Origin: an uncultured Actinomycetota bacterium
Lineage (GTDB): Bacteria > Actinomycetota > Thermoleophilia > RBG-16-64-13
Direction: 5' to 3'
Length of the DNA: 64,000 nt
Assembly: GCA_963796315.1 (NCBI GenBank)
Contig: CAWCLH010000020.1
Span: 1,121,879 to 1,185,878 of the forward strand
The first letter of the stretch is position 1. Every line of letters starts with the position of its first letter. Shown here in pieces: positions 52,991 through 61,786 of this stretch. The notes below the pieces were generated by a model. That model was not told where the DNA came from and ran no database searches. It saw only the letters and a program-made list of their open reading frames with translations. The translations under genes were made by a program, and so were the position numbers.

Positions 52991-53077
52991 TCTAGCAAGC
53001 CGACGACCGACGCGACAAGGCTCGCCGACCAGTTGGTCCAAACCGCCCTCCGACCGCGTCGGCTATACTGGCCGGCC

Positions 53078-53752
53078 ATGTCCACCCGCACGACGCCCAT
53101 CCCGGTCCCTCCCCCGCTCTGGGGAACGTGGGGGCGCTTCTCCCATTGGCTCGCGCGGACCCCCTTGATCGTCTGGACGCTGGTCACCATCAACCTGGTC
53201 AGCTCGCTGGCCGGGTACCTCTACTGGTACGGCGACGAGATCCGGGCCGCGCCGCTCCACCTCTGGCCGTTCATTCCCGACAGTCCCCTCTCCGCGACGT
53301 TGTGGGCGTTCGCCTTGATCGTGTTGCACCGCCGCGGCCGGACCGACCTGCTCGGCCTACTGGCCTGCATGGGGGCCATCAAGTACGGCTTGTGGACCGA
53401 CTGGGTCTGGTTCGTCGCGCGGCTCAGTGGTGAGCCCTATACCCTGGAGCGGGTCGTCTTGAGTCTCAACCACTTCGGCATGGTGTTGGAGGGATTGGCA
53501 CTGCTGCCCCTGCTGGCCCCCCGATTCCCGCAAACACTGGCCGTGATCGCGTGGTACGCCATGAACGACTACGTCGACTACGGACTGGGCTACCACCCCC
53601 GCGGGCCGACTCCGCAAGAGCTACCCGCCATCCGTGCCTTCGCCGTGGCCACGACCGGCGCACTGGCGATCGTCTGGCTCGTACTGACGGCTCTGCGCTG
53701 GTTCAGGACGACGCCTTCGAACCACCGGCGGGGCGAGAGGCGCGCACGATAG
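53078..53752 (+). CDS. DUF1405 polytopic membrane protein
   Basis: ATG 53078 inside ORF 53033..53752. LVTINLVSSLAGYLYWYG, WPFIPDSPLSATLWAF, IKYGLWT. Confidence 0.6.
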   Translation: MSTRTTPIPVPPPLWGTWGRFSHWLARTPLIVWTLVTINLVSSLAGYLYWYGDEIRAAPLHLWPFIPDSPLSATLWAFALIVLHRRGRTDLLGLLACMGAIKYGLWTDWVWFVARLSGEPYTLERVVLSLNHFGMVLEGLALLPLLAPRFPQTLAVIAWYAMNDYVDYGLGYHPRGPTPQELPAIRAFAVATTGALAIVWLVLTALRWFRTTPSNHRRGERRAR

Positions 53753-54984
53753 AGACCAGCCGCCGTGGCCTGAAGACACGCGCCGAGGACATCGGGGCGC
53801 AGGAGCCAGGTGGCCGGCACGCTGTTGGAGAGCACTCCCATGCCTCCCCGGGCCAGGCCGTCGTCGCGCTGGAGAAGGCGGACGACCAGGCCGTTCCCGG
53901 CCGGCCGGACCAGTACTTGGCGGACCAGGTAGGCGCCCAGGAACTCCATCGAGAGCCCTCGCCAGATCTTGGCGTCGTACCGGGCAAGGTCGCTCAGCCG
54001 GCCGCTCTGCAAGGCCGTTCCGACCGCGTCTGCCACCGCTCCGGCACTCTCCAGCGCGTAGGCCATGCCCTCGCCGGAGAGTGGGTCGATCAGGTTACCC
54101 GCATCTCCCGCGAAGAGGGTCGTGCCCAGTCGCCGGCGGCCCCGGGGGAAGTCGAGCAGGAGCGGAAACGGCGCCGCGGGTCCGACCGGGCGCGCATCCG
54201 CCAGATAGGGCCAGGCCATGGAGTCTGGTCCGAGGAACCGGTCGAAGATCTGCGCCAAGCGTTCCGGCCGGCGTCGAAGCGCCCTCGCCTGTATGCCCAG
54301 GCCCACGTTCGCCGGCTGCCCCGGCCGACCGCCGGGGAAGATCCAGCCGTAGCCGGGCAGAAGGTCCGGGTCCACGAAGAAATGAAGGGCGTCGTCGAGA
54401 CCGCTGACTCCCTCCATATAGACGCGCATCGCCACGGCGTAGGGGGACAGGCGCTCGGACGGCATGACCGTTCGGGAGAACGAGCCCCGAGACCCGTCCG
54501 CCGCCACGACCACCCGTCCGCGGAGCCGCACCTGCTCGCCCTCGTCCGTGCGGGCGGACAGGACGTTCGAACCAGCCCCGTCGACGGGACGGAGGACGCG
54601 TACGCCCTCCTCGACCCGGGCGCCGGCCTCGCGCGCCCGGTCCACCAGGAGCTGGTCCAGCTCGAACCGGGGCACGACGTACAGGTAGTCGGGGCCCTTG
54701 CCCCAGGTCGGCAACTCGGCGATGACGGAGTCGCCCCAGCTGCTGAAGATACGGTAGCGGCGAAGCGGCCGGTAGCCACGCTCCTGTAGCCGCTCCTCGA
54801 GGCCCAACCGGCGCAGCATGGCCACGCTGCGCGGGGCAAGTCCGTCACCGCACACCTTCTCGCGAGGGAATCGCGCCCGGTCCACGGCGAGCACCTCGTG
54901 CCCGGACTCCGCGAGCAGGGTGGCGACCGCCGACCCCGCCGGGCCCGCTCCGACGACGACCACGTCCGCCGCTAGCTCCCGCAT
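53590..54984 (-). CDS. Geranylgeranyl-reductase-family FAD oxidoreductase
   Basis: ATG 54984 follows GGAGGG. DVVVVGAGPAGSAVATLLAESGHEVLAVD, KVCGDGL, AGDAGNLIDPLSGEGM. The last ~55 codons overlap the convergent DUF1405 gene. Confidence 0.75.
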   Translation of the reverse strand: MRELAADVVVVGAGPAGSAVATLLAESGHEVLAVDRARFPREKVCGDGLAPRSVAMLRRLGLEERLQERGYRPLRRYRIFSSWGDSVIAELPTWGKGPDYLYVVPRFELDQLLVDRAREAGARVEEGVRVLRPVDGAGSNVLSARTDEGEQVRLRGRVVVAADGSRGSFSRTVMPSERLSPYAVAMRVYMEGVSGLDDALHFFVDPDLLPGYGWIFPGGRPGQPANVGLGIQARALRRRPERLAQIFDRFLGPDSMAWPYLADARPVGPAAPFPLLLDFPRGRRRLGTTLFAGDAGNLIDPLSGEGMAYALESAGAVADAVGTALQSGRLSDLARYDAKIWRGLSMEFLGAYLVRQVLVRPAGNGLVVRLLQRDDGLARGGMGVLSNSVPATWLLRPDVLGACLQATAAGLYRARLSPRRWFEGVVLNQRRAVSTSQTIASAPVVATAKARMAGSSCGVGPRGW

Positions 54985-55051
54985 CGTCCCTCCGTCGTCT
55001 CGACCGGGGCCGGACGCGGTGCCCGCCCGGTCGACACGTCGTCTCAGGCCT

Positions 55052-55261
55052 CTAGGCAGCCGCGGGATACCCCTCTTCCGCCAGCGTGGCGAGGATAGCA
55101 CTCTCGGTCACGGCGGCTTCGTCGAAGGCGATATCCACCGTCTTGGCCTCCACGTCCACGTCGACGCTCTTGACGCCGGCCATCGCGCCGACCGCGGACT
55201 CGACGGCCTTCTTGCAGTGGCCGCACGACACGTCCGGCACCTTGTACGTCTTCTCGGTCAT
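55052..55261 (-). CDS. copZ: Heavy-metal-associated copper chaperone
   Basis: 69 aa starting MTEKTYKVPDVSCGHCKKAVESAV. Confidence 0.8.
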   Translation of the reverse strand: MTEKTYKVPDVSCGHCKKAVESAVGAMAGVKSVDVDVEAKTVDIAFDEAAVTESAILATLAEEGYPAAA

Positions 55262-55318
55262 CTGCTTCCTCCGCTCCGCCGCCCGGCCCAGGAGGGCCCG
55301 GCCGGCTGGTCGCTCACC

Positions 55319-55356
55319 GTACCAGGCTATGGTACCATATACCCCCACCCCCTATA
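55319..55356. promoter_or_regulatory. copZ/csoR divergent control region: GTACCA-N5-TGGTAC dyad, TATGGTACCATA palindrome, and ATACCCCC-A-CCCCCTAT tract
   Basis: Lies 29-66 bp upstream of csoR and 58-95 bp upstream of copZ. The left half (CCATATACC) is identical to the box at 23433. The right half is C5TAT, not G5TAT. Confidence 0.4.
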
Positions 55357-55384
55357 CGTGGACATCGCGACGAAAGGAGCGGGG

Positions 55385-55678
55385 ATGGCCTCCTACGTTC
55401 AGGACAAGCCCGTGCTCCTGACCCGGCTGCGCCGGATCGAGGGACAGGTGCGCGGCCTCCAGCGCATGATCGACGAAGAGCAGTACTGCGTGGACGTGCT
55501 GACCCAGGTCTCGTCGGTGATGGCCGCGCTGCAGAAGGTGGGCGTGATCATCCTGGAAGACCACATCCGGGGCTGCGTACGCGGCGCGATCGAAGACGGG
55601 ACAGGCGGCGACCACGCGGTGGAGGAGCTGATCGAGGTGGTGGAGCGTTTCGTCAAAGCCGGCCCGGTCGCGCGTTGA
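55385..55678 (+). CDS. csoR: CsoR-family copper-sensing repressor
   Basis: 97 aa starting LLTRLRRIEGQVRGLQRMI. The Cys-x25-His-x3-Cys ligand spacing is present (YCVDV...EDHIRGC). Confidence 0.85.
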   Translation: MASYVQDKPVLLTRLRRIEGQVRGLQRMIDEEQYCVDVLTQVSSVMAALQKVGVIILEDHIRGCVRGAIEDGTGGDHAVEELIEVVERFVKAGPVAR

Positions 55679-55697
55679 AGGGCCGGACGGGCCCGGA

Positions 55698-56355
55698 CTA
55701 CTCGGCGCGGACCTTGATCAACAGGCGTTCGGCCGCTGTCAGTCCCACGAACACCCGGGCGCCCGGACCGAGGGACACGCATACCGGACCCCGAAGCGGC
55801 GCGTAACCCACCACCTCCACCTTCACCCCCGGCACAAGGCCGAGCTCTTCCACGTACCGGAGCAACTCCTCGTCCTCCGCCACGACGCAGCGCAACACGC
55901 CGCGAGCCCCCACCGGTAGCTCGCTCAACCGGGCCAGGATCTCCGGCTCCCCACTGGACCCGGGGATGGGATTGCCGTGCGGACAGGTGGTGGGGTAGTC
56001 GAGGACCTTCGCCAAGCGCTCCTCGACCTCCGGCGAGATCACGTGCTCGAACTTGCAGGCCTCGTCGTGGGCCACCGACCACGGCATCCCCAGGATATCG
56101 GTCAGCAGGCGCTCGGACAGCCGGTGGCGGCGCACCGAGGACCTCCGCGGCCTCGAGTCCCTTGGGCGTCAGCACGACCTCCTTGCCGTCGCCGGACTCG
56201 ACAAAGCCTTCGTGGCGAAGCCGGCGAAGCATCTCGGTGACCGTGGGCGCGGCGACGTTCAGGTCCTCGGCCAGCCGTGCGCCGATGACCTTGACGCCCC
56301 GGTGCTGGAGCTTGTAGATGGACTCGAGGTACTCCTCGATGGCCTGCGTAGGCAT
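55698..56355 (-). CDS. DtxR/MntR-family metal-dependent repressor, frameshift at 56135-56136
   Basis: ATG 56355 follows [29 protein letters not shown]...[17 protein letters not shown]. After EAAEVL the alternative frame continues [18 protein letters not shown]...CPHGNPIP and an SH3-like C-terminus. Confidence 0.8.
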
Positions 56356-56454
56356 CGTCGCCCACCTCCACACCGCATGACTTCGGCCGTCGGTCCCCTG
56401 CGCGTGCCCTGCTCGGAGTATACCAACGCCCCCTCCAGACGATAGACTGGCACC

Positions 56455-59400
56455 ATGAGCGAACCCGCCCACGCCAGAAACCCGGAGGTCATCGACGGTC
56501 CCCAGGACGCGTCGGAGCACGCGGCTCGAAGCGAACGGGCGACCCTCCCCCGGAGGACCCGGACCCCCGGTCTCCCCCGGTTGCTGCAGTATCTTATCGA
56601 ACGCATGACCGCCCGCTCCCAAGGCGAACCGGAAGGTAACGTGGTCCGTCCTCGGTTCGGGGGCGGCAAACGAGGGGGTCGAAGGGGAGGGCGGCGCATC
56701 GGTCTTCTCTGGCTGCTTGCCGCGATACCCGTCCTGGTCGTCCTCCTCAGTATCCTGGCACGCGTCTGGACCGACGTGCTCTGGTTCCAGGAGGTGGGGT
56801 TCACCCAGGTGTACTGGACCCGCATCGTCGCGCAGGTCCTGACCGGCCTGGCGGGCGGGGTGCTGTTCTTCGCGGTGTTTGCGGTCAACCTGCTGCTGGC
56901 GTGGCACTTCTCGCCCAAGACGCTCCTGAGGGGAGACCTGGACAGCGAGAACCCCGTGCTGGAGGTGGTGGAGCGCATCGAGGGCCGGTCGGTACGCTGG
57001 ATCCTTCTGGGCATCTCCGTCTTCCTGGCCTTCTTCTTCGCCCTGAACGCCGGCGGGGCCTGGCAGGACGTCCTCCTCTTCCTCAACCGGGTGGACTTCG
57101 GCTTCAAGGACCCCATCTTCGGCCGGGACGCCTCGTTCTTCGTGTTCGTCCTTCCGCTCGCGCAGCGCCTGCTGTCCTTCCTGTTGGTCACCCTGATCCT
57201 CACGTTGATCGCCGTCGTCGTGCTCTACCTCGTGGACGAGGCGATCACCTTCCGGGAGAACCGGATAGCTCTGGCCGCCCACGTGAAGGGCCACCTCTCG
57301 GTGCTGGCCGCCTTCGCCCTGGTCCTGAAGGCGGGCGACTACCTGCTGTCCACGTGGCAGCTCAACTACTCCGCGCGGGGCACCGTGTTCGGAGCCAGCT
57401 ACACCGACGTCCACGCGGAGCTCCCCGTGCTGCGCATCTTGGCGATCGTGGCCCTGGTGTCCGCACTCCTGTTCCTGGTCAACATCCGCTACAAAGGTTG
57501 GCGGCTGCCCCTGATCGCCATCGGGCTCATGGCCGTGTTCTGGCTGACGGCCGGCAACATCTATCCGGCGATCGTCCAGCAGTACCGGGTCTCCCCCAAC
57601 GAGATCGCGGTGGAGTCGCCGTACATCGCCGACAACATCAAGGCCACCCGCTGGGCATTCGGGCTGGAAGGCGTCACGCAGGACCCCTTCCCGGTGGCTC
57701 AGGACCTGACCCTCGCCGAGGTGCAGGCGAACCAGGGCACCGTCAAGAACATCCGCCTCTGGGATCCGACTCCCCTCCTGGATACCTACACCCAGATCCA
57801 GGAGCTGCGTCCCTACTACGTCATCAAGGACGTGGACGTCGACCGCTACTCGGTCAACGGCGACTATCGTCAGGTGATGCTGGCTGCCCGGGAGATGGAC
57901 ACCGCCGGCCTCCAGCCCCAGGCGCGCACCTGGGTCAACCAGCACCTCACCTACACGCACGGATACGGCGCGGTGGTGGCAGCCGTCAACGAGGTGACCG
58001 GGGAGGGTCTGCCCTTCTTCTTCGTCAAGGACATCCCGCCGGTGACCTCCACCAACCTCAAGATCACCCGACCGGGTATCTACTACGGGGAGGTGGGCGG
58101 CGACTTCGTCATGGCGCGGACCACGGCGAAGGAGCTCGACTATCCCAAGGGCAGCGAGAACGTCTACACGACCTACACAGGCAAGGGCGGCATCCCCATC
58201 GCCTCCTTCGCGCGTCGCGCGGCCTTCTCCTGGCGATTCGGCACGCTGAAGCTGTTGCTCTCCGACTACCTGACACCCGACTCGCGCTTGATGTTCCGGC
58301 GGTCTTTGAGCGAGCGAGTCCACGCCATCGCCCCGTTCTTAGGACTGGACCGCGATCCCTACATGGTCATCAAGGAAGACGGCGGCCTGGTCTGGGTCTG
58401 GGACGCGTACACGCTGTCCAGCCGCTTCCCCTACTCGCAGCCACGCGCCAACGGCACGAACTACATCCGCAACTCCGTCAAGATCGCGATCGATGCCTAC
58501 GACGGCACGGTCACCTTCTACCAGATCGATCCCAACGACGCGGTGGCGAACGCCTGGGGCAAGGTCTTCCCCGGGCTTGATGACGCCGGGCGACCAGATG
58601 CCGCAGCAATTGCGCGACCACCTGCGCTATCCGGAGGACCTCTTCCCCTGCAGTCCGAGGTGCTCTCCACCTACCACATGACCGACCCGCAGGTCTTCTA
58701 CAACAAGGAGGACGTCTGGGTCATCCCGCGCGAGCAGTACGCCGGCGAAGAGGTGCCGGTCGTCCCCTACTACGTGATCATGGCGCTGCCCGGGCAGCAG
58801 AAGGAAGAGTTCCTGCTGCTCCAACCGTTCGCCCCGCTGCGCAAGGACAACATGATCTCCTGGATGGCCGCGCGCATGGACGGCGACGCGTACGGCCAGC
58901 TGAAGCTGTACGAGTTCCCCAAGGACACCCTGATCTACGGGCCGGCGCAGATCGAGTCACGCATCTCGAACGACCCGACCATCTCCGCTCAAGTCACCCT
59001 GTGGGACCAGGCGGGGAGCCGGGTGATCCGCGGCAACCTGCTGGTCATCCCCATCGAAGGGAACCTGGTCTACGTCGAGCCGCTCTACCTTCAGGCCTCG
59101 CAAAGCCCCATCCCCGAGCTCAAGCGGGTGATCGTGGTCTACGGGCAGAAGGTGGTGATGGAGCCCACCCTCGGCGAGTCGCTCGACCGCCTCTTCCGGC
59201 CCACCGGCGGCACGACCACCACCACCCTGGAGCGGCCGGGTACCACGACCACCACGACCACCCCCTCCGGGGGTACGACCACCACGACCACCCCGCCGAC
59301 GACGGTTACCACGACCACGCCCCCGACCACCCTGGGTCCCGGCAGCACCGGGACCACCATCGCCCCCGGGGCTCCCCTCCCCACCGACCGCGCGGCGCTG

Positions 59401-59526
59401 ACCGCCCTCGCCCAGCAGACCTATGAGCGGGCACTTGCGGCTCAGCGGAGCGGGGATTGGGCGGAGTACGGGGCCCAGATCCAGCTGTTGGGCCGGATCA
59501 TCACCGCACTCGAGGCGGCACGGTAG
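56455..59526 (+). CDS. UPF0182-family large membrane protein
   Basis: 1023 aa, intact. WTDVLWFQEVGFTQVYWTRI, multiple N-terminal TM helices, and a Thr/Pro-rich tract near the C-terminus. Start codon choice is uncertain. Confidence 0.8.
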   Translation: MSEPAHARNPEVIDGPQDASEHAARSERATLPRRTRTPGLPRLLQYLIERMTARSQGEPEGNVVRPRFGGGKRGGRRGGRRIGLLWLLAAIPVLVVLLSILARVWTDVLWFQEVGFTQVYWTRIVAQVLTGLAGGVLFFAVFAVNLLLAWHFSPKTLLRGDLDSENPVLEVVERIEGRSVRWILLGISVFLAFFFALNAGGAWQDVLLFLNRVDFGFKDPIFGRDASFFVFVLPLAQRLLSFLLVTLILTLIAVVVLYLVDEAITFRENRIALAAHVKGHLSVLAAFALVLKAGDYLLSTWQLNYSARGTVFGASYTDVHAELPVLRILAIVALVSALLFLVNIRYKGWRLPLIAIGLMAVFWLTAGNIYPAIVQQYRVSPNEIAVESPYIADNIKATRWAFGLEGVTQDPFPVAQDLTLAEVQANQGTVKNIRLWDPTPLLDTYTQIQELRPYYVIKDVDVDRYSVNGDYRQVMLAAREMDTAGLQPQARTWVNQHLTYTHGYGAVVAAVNEVTGEGLPFFFVKDIPPVTSTNLKITRPGIYYGEVGGDFVMARTTAKELDYPKGSENVYTTYTGKGGIPIASFARRAAFSWRFGTLKLLLSDYLTPDSRLMFRRSLSERVHAIAPFLGLDRDPYMVIKEDGGLVWVWDAYTLSSRFPYSQPRANGTNYIRNSVKIAIDAYDGTVTFYQIDPNDAVANAWGKVFPGLDDAGRPDAAAIARPPALSGGPLPLQSEVLSTYHMTDPQVFYNKEDVWVIPREQYAGEEVPVVPYYVIMALPGQQKEEFLLLQPFAPLRKDNMISWMAARMDGDAYGQLKLYEFPKDTLIYGPAQIESRISNDPTISAQVTLWDQAGSRVIRGNLLVIPIEGNLVYVEPLYLQASQSPIPELKRVIVVYGQKVVMEPTLGESLDRLFRPTGGTTTTTLERPGTTTTTTTPSGGTTTTTTPPTTVTTTTPPTTLGPGSTGTTIAPGAPLPTDRAALTALAQQTYERALAAQRSGDWAEYGAQIQLLGRIITALEAAR

Positions 59527-59576
59527 CCGTACCGTAGCGCCCGGGGCGGCAGGGTGAACTGGTTCGTCCGAAGGGA

Positions 59577-60350
59577 GTGCAGACGATGTCGGAGCGGTTG
59601 GAGGGCACGGCGGCGCTGATCACGGGCGCGAGCAGCGGTATCGGCGAGGCGACGGCGCGGGCGCTCGCCGCGGAGGGAGCGGCCGTCGCCCTGGTGGCGC
59701 GGCGCAGGGAACGGCTCGAGACCCTGGCTCAGGAGCTCGAGTCCCGGGGTGGACGGGCCCTCGCCATCCAAGCGGACGTCACCGACCGAGACCAGGCGGT
59801 GGCCGCCGTCGACCGCGCGGCCCACGAGCTGGGCCGCCTGGACATCGTCATCAACAACGCGGGCGTGATGCTCCTGGGCCCCGTCGAGGGGGCGCCGCTC
59901 GAGGAGTGGGAGCGGATGGTCCAGCTCAATGTCCTCGGGCTGCTCTACGTCGCTCATGCCTCCCTGCCCCGCCTGCTCCACGCGGCGGAGGGCCCGCCCC
60001 GGCAGGTCGCGGACATCGTCAACATCAGCTCCGTGGCCGGCAGGGTCGCGCGCGCCGGCTCGGGCGTCTACAACCTGACCAAGTTCGGCGTCGTGGGCTT
60101 CACGGAATCGCTGCGGAAGGAAGTGACCGGCCGTCACGTACGGGTCGCCGTGGTGGAGCCCGGGGCCGTGAAGACCGAGCTGATCGAGCACGTGCGCCCG
60201 GAGATCCGGGCGGCGTCGTCCGCCCGCTTCGCGAACATGGAGCGATTGGAGGCCGAGGACATCGCCGACGCGATCACGTACGTCGTCACCCGCCCCCGGC
60301 GGATGGCGGTCAACGAACTCCTGGTACGCCCCACCGAGCAGGAGGGGTGA
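59577..60350 (+). CDS. Short-chain dehydrogenase/reductase
   Basis: 257 aa with TGASSGIGEATA, NNAG, and YNLTKFGVVGF (YxxxK). Confidence 0.88.
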   Translation: MQTMSERLEGTAALITGASSGIGEATARALAAEGAAVALVARRRERLETLAQELESRGGRALAIQADVTDRDQAVAAVDRAAHELGRLDIVINNAGVMLLGPVEGAPLEEWERMVQLNVLGLLYVAHASLPRLLHAAEGPPRQVADIVNISSVAGRVARAGSGVYNLTKFGVVGFTESLRKEVTGRHVRVAVVEPGAVKTELIEHVRPEIRAASSARFANMERLEAEDIADAITYVVTRPRRMAVNELLVRPTEQEG

Positions 60351-60452
60351 GGGGTCGACGGCCCGCGGTCCGGTCGACCCGACCCTTCGCCCGCGGGCCC
60401 GAGAGAGGGTGGGCGGCCCGTCCGGGCCGCCCACCGGAGGACATCGACAGGG

Positions 60453-61587
60453 CTACTGGTCGGTGAGGGTCTTCAGGAACGCCACGATTGCGGCTTCCTG
60501 TACCGGCGGCAGGTGCAGGTTGCCCACACTCGTGTCGAGGTTGGCGGAGACCTCCGGAGCCGGCCAGCCCGGCGCCGGGGACGTCGCGGGTGTTGTAGAA
60601 GTGGACGATCTCCTCGAGGCTCTTGAAGTAGCCGTTGTGCCCGTAGGCCTTGACGAACTTCTTGTTCGGCCGCATGTCCACGTTGCGCAGGGTGGGCACC
60701 TTCATGCTTGCCGATCTCGGATCTAGACCGTCCTCCGGATAGCCGGCACCCTTCAGGAAGGCGCCCAAGCCCTTGTCGACCCAGTCCGCTCCAGCGGGGT
60801 TCCAAGCAGTCGTAGAAGGGGTTCACGGGGTTGGGCGGCACCCCGAGGTTGGCGTAGGTGAAGTCCGTGAAGAGCGGCGGGACGTGGCAGGTGGCGCACT
60901 TGGCCTTGTGGGTGAAGAGCTCGAGGCCCATACGCTCCTGGCCGGTCAGCTTGGCCTGGCCCTTAAGCCAGGAGTCGTACTTCGAGGTGTACTGAGCTGA
61001 CCTCACTCGAACGCTCGTAGGCGGCGATGGCCCGCCCGATGACGCTCGTACTGCTGTTCGGTGGTGGTCGCATCGGCGGCAGTGCAGGCCTGCATGAAAG
61101 GTCGTTGTAGCTGGACGCGAGCACCTTGTCGATCACGGCCTGCGCACTCGCATTGTTCTGTTCCAGCGGGTTCAGGAACGGGCCCTGGGCCTGCTCGGCC
61201 AGAGGATCGCCGAGGACCCCCCGGTGGCCCGGCCGTCCCAGAACATGCCCCCGACCCACTCCGTGCCGTAGTGCAGGACCGGGCTGTCGCCCGCGTATGC
61301 CGCCGCCGGCGGCTTGCGGTTGCCGTATCGGCCCGCGACGGCGCCCTCGTAGACCGCTCCGCCGATGTTGATGGCCTCATCCGGCCCGGTGTAGCCGACG
61401 TCAGGTCCGTGGCAGGCCGCACAGGCCTGGCCGGGTGGGTCGGACAGGTTCGTGTCGAAGAACAGGTCCTTGCCCAGTTGCTCCTGGTGTCGGTCAGCGG
61501 CGCCGCCGCGGCCGCTCCCGCGACGGTGCCGAACAGGACCACCGTCGCGACCAGCAGCAGGATCAGCCTCGTTCGTGATGACTCCAT
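60453..61587 (-). pseudogene. Di-haem cytochrome c peroxidase (CcpA/MauG family) broken by about 6-7 frameshifts
   Basis: ATG 61587 follows AAGGAGGG, with a signal peptide. LFFDTNLSDPPGQACAACHGP, FWDGRATG, LGDPLAEQAQGPFLNPLE, KCATCHVPPLFTD, MKVPTLRNV, YGHNGYFKSLEEIVHFYN and LPPVQEAAIVAFLKTLTDQ (TAG 60453-60455) are spread over all three frames. Confidence 0.65.
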
Positions 61588-61786
61588 CGGTCCCTCCTTC
61601 TCTCGCGCCCGTGTCGGGATGCGGCGACCGCCCACCCCTCGTAAGGCTATCGTAAACCCATAGCGCCGCGAACCATAGCTTCATGACGCACTGGGGCCGC
61701 TGGCGAGGGGAACGGGAGCGGCGATCGAGAAGTGGGCGCCAGAGCAGACTGTCGACTAACAGCAGCGGAGAGCGGCGTAGTACCGG

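Noticed and set aside
55399-58323. 974-aa minus-strand ORF
   Set aside because: Mostly antisense to the UPF0182 gene. Only its short segment at 56140-56355 is real coding sequence (the N-terminus of the dtxR-like gene read through a frameshift).
59215-59345. Repetitive ACC/ACG tract as a tandem repeat or CRISPR-like array
   Set aside because: It is in frame within the UPF0182 ORF and encodes a Thr/Pro-rich linker (GGTTTTTL..TTTTTTTP..TTTTTTPPTTVTTTTPPTT). There is no repeat-spacer architecture.
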